64,000 nt of DNA, from positions 5,982-69,981 of the forward strand of contig CAUUWA010000003.1 in the NCBI GenBank assembly GCA_963548695.1. Direction: 5' to 3'. The position numbers and the translations under genes are program-made. This DNA comes from an uncultured Fretibacterium sp. (lineage in GTDB: Bacteria > Synergistota > Synergistia > Synergistales > Aminobacteriaceae). Below, in pieces: positions 47,431 to 55,275 of this stretch. The notes below the pieces were generated by a model, which did not search any database, was not told the origin of the DNA, and saw nothing but the letters and a program-made list of their open reading frames with translations. Each line of letters starts with the position of its first letter. Position 1 is the first letter of the stretch.

Positions 47431-49233
47431 ATGGAACTTACTCTCAAAGAGAGTTCAAAACAAGACCTTTCTCTCTCCGTCGTACCGGGCGAGACTCTCC
47501 TGACGGCGCTGCGGGGCGCGGGGCTGCCGATCAACGCGGCCTGCGGAGGGCGCGGGACGTGCGGCAAGTGTAGGGTCCGGGTCCTCGGGGGCGGGGCGGG
47601 ACCCGTCTCCGAGGGGGAGCGGCGCTTCCTCTCCGAGAAGGACCTGGCCGACGGCGTGCGCCTGGCCTGCTTCGTTCGGCCGGAGGCAGACCTCGATGTC
47701 CAACTCTTCGACGCGCAGGAGAAGGGCCACCCGATTCTGACGGACGGGTTCGTCCCCGACTTCGTCTTCGACCCGCCCCTGCGGCGGGAGAGCGTCGTCC
47801 TGGAGCCGGCGTCCCTGGAGGCCCCCCTCTCGCTGGACGAGCGTCTGGCCGGGGCGGCGGGCCTGGAGGAGGTCCCCCTTGCCGTCCTGCGGCGTCTTCC
47901 CTCCGAGGAAACGCGCTTCTCCGTCCTGACCCACGACGGGGAGTTCCTCACGGCGGAGCCCGAGGGAAAGGACGGGGAGGAGGGGGTCTTCGCGGCGGCG
48001 GTGGACATCGGGACGACCACGGTTGTCGTGTCGCTCATCGACATGGGGACGGGGCGGGAGCTGGGCAGCGCCTCCGACGTCAACCCGCAGAAGGAGCACG
48101 GTCAGGACGTCCTGACCCGGATCACCTGGGTCCAGGAGGTCGGGATGGAGGCGGTCCTGCAGATGCAGCGCGAGATCGTCCTGAAACTGGAGGATCTGCT
48201 CCTCTCCATCTGCGGGGAGCACGCGGTCCCGCCCCGGCGGGTGTTTCAGCTCAGCGTCGGCGCGAACGCGACCATGACGCACCTCCTGCTGGGCGCCGAC
48301 CCCCGCTCCATCGGATTGTCCCCCTACGCGCCCCAGCTGCGGCGCGCCCGGTACGAACGGGCCTCGGACCTGGGGTTCACCCGCATCCATCCGGACGCCC
48401 GGGTCCTCTGCCTCCCGCAGATCTCCTCGTTCGTCGGGGGGGACATCGTCGCCGGGATCGTCACGGCGGACCTGACTGAGGCGAAGGACAACGTCCTGTT
48501 CATCGACATCGGAACGAACGGTGAGATGGTCCTGTCGCGGAGGGGGGAGCTCTTCGCCGCGTCCTGCGCGGCGGGGCCGGCCCTCGAGGGGATGAACATC
48601 AGCTGCGGGATGCGTGCCCAGGAGGGGGCCGTCGAGGAGGCGGCCCTGGAGGAGGGGCGTCTCTCCCTCACGGCCATCGGGGGAAGGGAGCCCATCGGCC
48701 TCTGCGGCAGCGGGATCCTGGCCGTCGTCCGGGAGTTTCTTGTGGCCGGCCTGATCACGAGTCGCGGTAACATCGCCCGGGCGGAGGAGGCGCCTCCCGA
48801 GCTGCGCCATCTCATCGGCGCGTCGGAGGGCAAGCGGAGCCTCGTCCTTCGTGAGAGGGACACGCCCCTGGTCCTGACGCAGAAGGACGTGCGCCAGATC
48901 CAGCTGGCCAAGGGGGCCATCCTGTCCGGGGCCCTCTGCCTGATCGAGGCGGCGGGGCTGACGCCGGACGCGGTGGACCGGGTCGTCATCGCGGGACAGT
49001 TCGGAAAGCACCTGGCCCCGGAGAGCCTGGTCGGCGCGGGGCTGCTCCCCGCCTCCTTCGGGGACCGGATTCACTACATCGGCAACTCCAGCAGGACGGG
49101 GGCCTACCTCTCCCTGGTCTCGCGGGAGCATCACCGGAGGATGACCCAGGGCATCCGCGAGGTGCGTTACATCGAGCTGAGCGTACGCCCCGGCTACGAG
49201 CGGACGTTTGCCGAGGCGCTGCTGTTTCGCTGA
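47431..49233 (+). CDS. Reductive activator of corrinoid enzymes (RACE; 2Fe-2S + ASKHA domain)
   Basis: CGGRGTCGKC...RLAC, DIGTTT, FVGGD, DIGTNGE, GPALEG, GLCGSG. Confidence 0.92.
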   Translation: MELTLKESSKQDLSLSVVPGETLLTALRGAGLPINAACGGRGTCGKCRVRVLGGGAGPVSEGERRFLSEKDLADGVRLACFVRPEADLDVQLFDAQEKGHPILTDGFVPDFVFDPPLRRESVVLEPASLEAPLSLDERLAGAAGLEEVPLAVLRRLPSEETRFSVLTHDGEFLTAEPEGKDGEEGVFAAAVDIGTTTVVVSLIDMGTGRELGSASDVNPQKEHGQDVLTRITWVQEVGMEAVLQMQREIVLKLEDLLLSICGEHAVPPRRVFQLSVGANATMTHLLLGADPRSIGLSPYAPQLRRARYERASDLGFTRIHPDARVLCLPQISSFVGGDIVAGIVTADLTEAKDNVLFIDIGTNGEMVLSRRGELFAASCAAGPALEGMNISCGMRAQEGAVEEAALEEGRLSLTAIGGREPIGLCGSGILAVVREFLVAGLITSRGNIARAEEAPPELRHLIGASEGKRSLVLRERDTPLVLTQKDVRQIQLAKGAILSGALCLIEAAGLTPDAVDRVVIAGQFGKHLAPESLVGAGLLPASFGDRIHYIGNSSRTGAYLSLVSREHHRRMTQGIREVRYIELSVRPGYERTFAEALLFR

Positions 49234-49268
49234 GGCGCCGCTGTTTCGTTGAGAAGGGAGGGTAGGCC

Positions 49269-50069
49269 ATGAAGATCTATCAATGCAAGTCGGAGGACGT
49301 GCCGAGCCTCGTCCCCATTCTGGAGGAGCTGGGGTTGAGCTACGAGGAGACCCTGAGGGATGGGGCGGCCATGGCGCGGGCGGCGGAGAGGGTGCGGGAG
49401 GTAAACGGCATGAACCACGTCGTCGTCCCGCTGTCGGAGTGTCTGATGACGGCCTGTCTCGGGACGGCCATCACCTGGGACCCGGAGCTGGGGGACCGGG
49501 TGGCGAAGGAGGTCTTTGCCGACTGGTCGGAGGCGGAGTCCTTCCGGCCCGAGTCCATCCGGTGCGAGGTGCTGGACCCCCTCTTCGAGGCCATAAGGAT
49601 TCTGAAGGAACGAGGGGCCCAGGTCGTCGTCGGCGCGACGGGGCCCATCGCCCTGCTCTCGGGGCTCCTCCCGACGGAGGCGGTCTACCGGGCCATGCCG
49701 AAGCAAAAGGAGCCCTTCCCGAGGCTCCTGGGCATCGTCGAGGACTTCATCTCGGAGCACATCGCGCGGGTGGACGCCCTCGGGCCGGAGCTCATCTACC
49801 TGGCGGATTCCGTCGGATCCCTGGACCTCGTGGGGCCCCGCCTGTTCCGTCAGGTCTCCGGTCCCAGCTACCTGCGGGTCCTGAAGCGCGCGGAGGGGCT
49901 TGCGACGCCCATCTACATGTGCCCCAAGAACATGACGTCGCTCTTCTCCGTGGGGTTTCTCGAGAGGGCCGCGGACGGGAACCTCTGCGCGGGGCCCTGT
50001 CTGGCCCGGAAGTTCACGGAGCTGCGTTACGGAAGGTGTCGGATCGCCCAAGGGGCGGAAACGGCATAA
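49269..50069 (+). CDS. Short URO-D/MtaA-like protein (degenerate)
   Basis: Partial URO-D fold pattern (TGPIALL, LADSVG); lacks the HxC Zn motif (YMCP); RBS GGGAGGG. Confidence 0.65.
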   Translation: MKIYQCKSEDVPSLVPILEELGLSYEETLRDGAAMARAAERVREVNGMNHVVVPLSECLMTACLGTAITWDPELGDRVAKEVFADWSEAESFRPESIRCEVLDPLFEAIRILKERGAQVVVGATGPIALLSGLLPTEAVYRAMPKQKEPFPRLLGIVEDFISEHIARVDALGPELIYLADSVGSLDLVGPRLFRQVSGPSYLRVLKRAEGLATPIYMCPKNMTSLFSVGFLERAADGNLCAGPCLARKFTELRYGRCRIAQGAETA

Positions 50070-50133
50070 AGGACGAGCCGTCATTGATTTTTTCTGCAAG
50101 GTTAAAGGATAATGTAGAAGGAGTGTGCGAAGG

Positions 50134-51195
50134 ATGAGCCAGACGACGCAGGGCGGGCCCGAGCGGCTCAAGGTCTCCATCTCGATGGGGGAGACGGCCA
50201 TCACGCTCTTCGGCGTGGATACGAGGGACTATTACTTCAACTCCGATGTCATGGCCGACGTCGAGGCCCGGTTCTGGGAGCGGTTCCAGCCGGACGGAGC
50301 GAGCATCTCCATCACACTGAGGGGCATGGCGGAGGCCATGGGCTCCGAGATGCTCTACAAAAACCACTGCATCCCCAGCGTGAAGACGCCGCGGGTCCGG
50401 AAGCCCGAGGACGTGTATGAACTCAGGGTCCCCGACCCTCTGAAGGACGGGCGCCTGCCCATCGTGCTGGAGGCCCTGGTCAAGCTGAAGGAGAGGCTGG
50501 ACGGCAGGACAGGCGTGGGCGCCGGAATGGCGGGGCCGGTCAGCGTCGCCATCGCAGTATGTGGCGCGGAGAACTTCCTGCGCTGGACGCGGCGCTACCC
50601 CGATGAGGTCCGTCGCCTGATGGAGGTCGTCACGGAGGGGAATAACCGGTATATCGACGAGCTGGGCAAGCGGGGGATTGTCGGGCTCTCCTTCTCGGAC
50701 CCCGTGGCCTCGACGGACCTCCTGGGGCACAAGCAGTTCCTCGAGTTCTCGCTTCCCTACTTCACCGAGAACGTGCGGCACGGCGGCGAGGTGCTGGGGA
50801 AGAATCCCGGTACCCACATCTGCGGGCACACCCGGGGGATCTGGGAGGACATCATGGGGTCCGGGGTCTCGGCCTTCAGCGTCGACAACGTGGAGGATCT
50901 GGCGGAGGCCAAGGAGGTCATGGGGAACAGCGTCGCCCTCATCGGGAACGTCCCCCCGGTCAACGTCCTGAACCTGGGCAAGGAGGAGGACATCAAGAGG
51001 TCCGTGGCGGAGTGCATCCTGAAGGCCCACGACTCCCCCAAGGGATACGTCCTGGGCTCCGGCTGCCAGGTACCGCTCTTCACCCCGGCGGGGAACGTCG
51101 AGGCTTATATCCGATGGGGCAAGGAGCTGGGGAAGCTGCCCATCGACACCGAGAGGCTGCGGCGCATTGTGGAGGGGGATGGGACCGCCGTCTGA
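50134..51195 (+). CDS. URO-D family methyltransferase
   Basis: AEAMG, DGRLP, AGP, SDP, THICG, GNVPP, GSGCQ. Confidence 0.87.
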   Translation: MSQTTQGGPERLKVSISMGETAITLFGVDTRDYYFNSDVMADVEARFWERFQPDGASISITLRGMAEAMGSEMLYKNHCIPSVKTPRVRKPEDVYELRVPDPLKDGRLPIVLEALVKLKERLDGRTGVGAGMAGPVSVAIAVCGAENFLRWTRRYPDEVRRLMEVVTEGNNRYIDELGKRGIVGLSFSDPVASTDLLGHKQFLEFSLPYFTENVRHGGEVLGKNPGTHICGHTRGIWEDIMGSGVSAFSVDNVEDLAEAKEVMGNSVALIGNVPPVNVLNLGKEEDIKRSVAECILKAHDSPKGYVLGSGCQVPLFTPAGNVEAYIRWGKELGKLPIDTERLRRIVEGDGTAV

Positions 51196-51239
51196 GGGGC
51201 TGGTTATAGAGGGATTTAGTTATAAAGGAATGTCCATAG

Positions 51240-51289
51240 GGGATTCCCAAGGGACGAGTCCCTTGGGCGGGTTCAGGGCGGAGCCCTGA
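51240..51289 (+). repeat. Double-hairpin REP-like element (copy 5)
   Basis: CCCAAGGGAC-GA-GTCCCTTGGG then TCAGGGC-GGA-GCCCTGA; near-identical to copy 4. Confidence 0.7.
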
Positions 51290-51411
51290 GTTTTTATTAA
51301 GGAAGCGGCGGCCCCGGCAAGTTTCTTCCTCGAAACAGGCAAGCTGGGGTACCACCGGGGGGCTTCAGGGATTAAATCAGCGTTTCTTTAACTATATAGG
51401 AGGGATTTTTT

Positions 51412-52017
51412 ATGATTACGGTCAATGCTGTGGGTAAGGCTTGTCCGGAGCCGGTTATCATGACCAGAGCTGCGGTGGAGAAGGGGGCGGCGGAGCTGGA
51501 GGTTCTGGTGGACAACGCCGTCGCCGTCTCGAACGTCACCCGTTTCCTGGAGGGCCAGGGTTTCCGGGTACAGCATCGGGAGAACGGCGGCGAGTTCAAA
51601 GTGACCGCCCGGAGGGACGGTGCGGCCGCCTCCGCAGGCTCGTCCCCCGCTGCGGGCCCGGCTCCCTGCAATCGGGGCGGCGCCCGGCTTGCCGTCCTGG
51701 TTGCGGGGAAGACCCTGGGGCGCGAGGACAAGGAGCTGGGCGAGGTCCTGATTAAGGGGTTCCTGGGCACGCTCTCGAAGCTCGAGACGCCGCCCGCGGT
51801 GCTGGCCCTCATGAACGAGGGGGTCAAGCTGGCCCTGTCGGACGCCTCGACCTGCGACCACCTGAAGGACCTGGAGAGGACGGGCACGAAGATCCTTGTG
51901 TGCGGGACCTGTACGAACCACTTCGGGATCACCGAGCGCGTCGGCGTGGGGACGATCTCCAACATGTTCGAGATCCTCGAGGCCGTCACGGGGGCGGACA
52001 AGGTCCTGAGTGTCTAG
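51412..52017 (+). CDS. yedF: Selenium metabolism protein YedF (TusA + DsrE-like)
   Basis: GKACPEPVI, LVDN, ELG..LIKGF, MNEGV, CGTC. Confidence 0.85.
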   Translation: MITVNAVGKACPEPVIMTRAAVEKGAAELEVLVDNAVAVSNVTRFLEGQGFRVQHRENGGEFKVTARRDGAAASAGSSPAAGPAPCNRGGARLAVLVAGKTLGREDKELGEVLIKGFLGTLSKLETPPAVLALMNEGVKLALSDASTCDHLKDLERTGTKILVCGTCTNHFGITERVGVGTISNMFEILEAVTGADKVLSV

Positions 52018-52083
52018 CGGGTTCGGAGGTCCGCAGGCGCGCCCCATCGCATCCACAAACTTCGATTTGAGGAGGGGTTTGAA

Positions 52084-53280
52084 TTGGAGAGAAGTCTTTC
52101 CGGATCGTCGGTCTATCTGAACAACGCGGCGACGACCTGGCCGAAGCCGCCCTGCGTGGGGGAGGCCATGGCGCACTTTCTGTCGTGCGGCGGAGCCAAC
52201 CTCGGCCGCGGGACCTCCTCGTCCCGCGACATGGGGACCCTGAACGCGGTGCTGGACTGTCGGATTCGCCTGGCTGCCCTGCTCGGGGGGTATGAGGGAG
52301 GGGACCCGCGGTACGTCACCTTCTGTCCCAACGTGACGGAGGCGCTGAACGTCGTCCTGCGCGGCCTTCTGCGGCCCGGAATGAGCGTGTTGACCTCCTC
52401 CCTGGAGCACAACGCCGTCGTCCGGCCCTTGAGGGCCCTCGAACGTTCCGGGGTGGCGGTGACGTTCCTGCCCTGCGGGAGCGACGGCACGCTCGACCCC
52501 CAAACGCTCGCGGACGCGCTTGCGGCGCGGCGGTACGACCTGATGGTCCTGGCCCACGCCAGCAACGTCTGCGGCACGGTGCAACCGCTGGATACGGTCG
52601 CAGAGCTCTGTGCGAGGGCGGGGGTCCCCCTGGTCCTGGACAGCGCCCAGACCGCGGGGGTGCTCCCCATCGACGCGGCGGCGCTGGGGCTCGCGGCCCT
52701 CTGCTTTACGGGACACAAGGGGCTGATGGGCCCGCAGGGGATCGGGGGCGTCCTCTGGCGCCCGGACTTCGCCGCGCGGGTCGAACCGCTGGTGGCCGGG
52801 GGGACCGGGAGCTATTCCCATGTCGAGACGCAGCCCGAGGAGCTTCCCGACAAGTTCGAGTCCGGGACCCCGAATCTGCCGGGGATCGTGGGGCTCCACG
52901 CGGCGCTGGGCTGGATCGGGGAGACGGGGATCGAGAGGATCGCCGGGCACGAGCGGGAGCTGGGCGGGAAGCTGCTCGAGGGGCTCTCCCGCGTGGAGGG
53001 CATCCAGCTCACCGGTAAGCGCGGCATGGAGGGGCGGCTTCCGGTCTTCTCTTTCAATATCGAGGGGCTGGACAACGGCATACTGGCCGACGCGCTCTCG
53101 CGGGAGGGGTTCGAGACCCGGCCGGGGCTGCACTGTGCCCCTGTCGCCCACAGGACCTTGGGGAGCTTCCCGCAGGGGGGCCTGAGGGTGTCGCCGGGGT
53201 TCTTCACGACGCCCGGGGAGCTGGACGCCTTCCTCGAAGCCCTGCCCGCGGCCGCGGAGCGACTGAGGCAGAAGGCGTAA
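52084..53280 (+). CDS. Cysteine desulfurase/selenocysteine lyase family PLP enzyme
   Basis: YLNNAATT, EHNAV, HASNV, DSAQ, GHKGL, GLHCAP. Confidence 0.9.
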   Translation: MERSLSGSSVYLNNAATTWPKPPCVGEAMAHFLSCGGANLGRGTSSSRDMGTLNAVLDCRIRLAALLGGYEGGDPRYVTFCPNVTEALNVVLRGLLRPGMSVLTSSLEHNAVVRPLRALERSGVAVTFLPCGSDGTLDPQTLADALAARRYDLMVLAHASNVCGTVQPLDTVAELCARAGVPLVLDSAQTAGVLPIDAAALGLAALCFTGHKGLMGPQGIGGVLWRPDFAARVEPLVAGGTGSYSHVETQPEELPDKFESGTPNLPGIVGLHAALGWIGETGIERIAGHERELGGKLLEGLSRVEGIQLTGKRGMEGRLPVFSFNIEGLDNGILADALSREGFETRPGLHCAPVAHRTLGSFPQGGLRVSPGFFTTPGELDAFLEALPAAAERLRQKA

Positions 53281-53334
53281 GAAGCAGCGCTGGGGAAGCC
53301 GAACCCGCTTCCCCAGCATGCTCAAGGCAGCGAA

Positions 53335-53350
53335 CGTTTCACGTGAAACA
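53335..53350. other. parS centromere-like site
   Basis: CGTTTCACGTGAAACA, 15/16 match to TGTTTCACGTGAAACA; origin-proximal. Confidence 0.85.
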
Positions 53351-53488
53351 TCGAGATTTTCATACAGGACTTGGATTTGAAGGCAACGCCTCCCTCCATA
53401 TCCAATTTTTCCATACGGGCTGTAGCGGCGGTTCCTTTGCAGAAAAAGCCGGCCCGCTCGAATAGGGGACCGGCTTTTCTCAAGTTTG

Positions 53489-54097
53489 TCATGCGCTCGA
53501 TTCCTTCCGTCTCTCATGCTTATCGAGCGCGTCGCAAAATCGGCCCAATTCCGTACACGCGTCCCGAACCGATCGCGGTGCGTCATCGCATCTCGTGTCT
53601 CGGCTACGGTACTCGGTATACTTTTCAAAAAACCTTTTGCCGTAATCGCCCGCTTTGGGTCTCCTGTATCTTTGCTTGTAGTCCTTGGTCTCGTCGATTG
53701 CTTCTTCTCCATCGATCCAGGCAAACCACGTTTCGATATTCCTTTTGGGAACAAGACACAAAATCCGATCCTCTTTGCAGATTACCGGTAGTCCCCTGGA
53801 ATGCAGCTCCTCATTCCACTGTTTTACGCGATCCGATAGATTGGGATTGTTTTTGTCCGCGTCGCTTACGACCACAAGAAAAACATTCTCACGGTTTTTA
53901 CGAATCTTGTCCAATGCCTCGGGCAAACGTTCTCTCACATGCCCCTCGGCGGAGCGGGATCCGTCGACCAACGGATAGGTGTCGAATTTTCTATCGCCGA
54001 CCCCTAAGGACTTAAAAAATGTGCGTATGAAATAGTTGTGCTCCTGATCCTCACAGAGTATGAACACTCGATATCGAGAAAGGTCAATCATTGTCAC
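53489..54097 (-). CDS. Hypothetical protein with TOPRIM-like motifs (RloB/DUF4276/AriB-like)
   Basis: ILCED (conserved E), VVVSDAD (DxD), PKRNIETW; overlaps the ATPase stop. Confidence 0.65.
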   Translation of the reverse strand: MTMIDLSRYRVFILCEDQEHNYFIRTFFKSLGVGDRKFDTYPLVDGSRSAEGHVRERLPEALDKIRKNRENVFLVVVSDADKNNPNLSDRVKQWNEELHSRGLPVICKEDRILCLVPKRNIETWFAWIDGEEAIDETKDYKQRYRRPKAGDYGKRFFEKYTEYRSRDTRCDDAPRSVRDACTELGRFCDALDKHERRKESSA

Positions 54098-55217
54098 ACC
54101 CTTTCCACTCCATCAGGTGGAGCTTGTCGACGAGCGGTTCGTCATCGTCATCGGTACGCCGCTCGACGACCACCTCCGGCGGAGTCCCCTCCAGAGAGAA
54201 AATCATCGCGTTTTTGTTGTGCCAATTCAACGTCCGGGGATTATGCGAGATGATGACGAATTGTATGTCCCGCTCCTCCCAGGCGTCGTTCATAGCTTCC
54301 AGCCAAGGCTGCAGCTCGCCAAGGGCCAAAAAGTTCTCCGGCTCGTCGACAAGCACAGTGCTTCCGTTGGGGATATTGGCGAGGATCGAGTAGAGCGCGA
54401 GAAGGGTTTTCTGACCGTCCGACAGCTCATTGAATTCGATATCGTTTTCCCTTCCGTTGAACTCCACCTTCACGGCAAGCGCATGCCAATCACCTTTTTT
54501 GATGTAGCGGATATCGACAAGGCCGGGGATGAAATATTTCGACTGCTCAACGACCCTGGCTTGTTTCATGGGCTCCTGGGTCGCATGCAGGAAACGCCAT
54601 GCAGCAAAGTTTTTTCCGTACAGGTCAAGCGTTTCCATCGTTTTTTCCACATCCTGCTTCATGAGAGCGGGGACGAGGTGAAACGCGTACAACGACGCAA
54701 TCCGTTTGCCAAATTCCCGGATTTGGCTGCTGTTGCTCGAACCGACGACCAGACCGGAGCGTTTCCAGTCACTTCTGAAGGACAGCTCTCTCTTGTCGTC
54801 CGTAAACATTTTTATGTGGCCTTCTTTAAATTCCAACAGCAACGTCTCACCCAGCCGAAGCGACTCGTGTTGAACCCTGGAGATTTTTTCCAGGAAATTG
54901 TACCGAACCGTCAACTCGTAAATGTAATGCTGATGTTGGGCGCTTTCAACCTCAAGTTTAATGGACATTTCCCCAGAACCGCGCTCCTCGGTGAGCCATC
55001 GGCAAAAGGTACGGAGAGGAAAGGCGTCCTCCACCGAGCACGCGATGGTGTCCGAGTGATCGGGCATGGCGAGAAATCGCGTCAGGGCGTGGACGATTTC
55101 GATGACAGATGTTTTCCCGCTGCCGTTTGGGCCGCACAGCAGATTGACCCCACCGTCCAGTTCAAGAGCAAAGTCACGAAACAACTTGTATTTGTCGATC
55201 TTCAAATTCCGAATCAT
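54084..55217 (-). CDS. ABC-type (AAA_21/AAA_15-like) ATPase without membrane partner
   Basis: GPNGSGKT, LSDGQ, VLVDEPE, ISHN; RBS AGGAGG. Confidence 0.88.
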   Translation of the reverse strand: MIRNLKIDKYKLFRDFALELDGGVNLLCGPNGSGKTSVIEIVHALTRFLAMPDHSDTIACSVEDAFPLRTFCRWLTEERGSGEMSIKLEVESAQHQHYIYELTVRYNFLEKISRVQHESLRLGETLLLEFKEGHIKMFTDDKRELSFRSDWKRSGLVVGSSNSSQIREFGKRIASLYAFHLVPALMKQDVEKTMETLDLYGKNFAAWRFLHATQEPMKQARVVEQSKYFIPGLVDIRYIKKGDWHALAVKVEFNGRENDIEFNELSDGQKTLLALYSILANIPNGSTVLVDEPENFLALGELQPWLEAMNDAWEERDIQFVIISHNPRTLNWHNKNAMIFSLEGTPPEVVVERRTDDDDEPLVDKLHLMEWKGCDND

Positions 55218-55275
55218 GCATATCCCACCTCCTGACACACCTCGTAGCGTCAGCTATGCAAAGTCTACCCATCCG

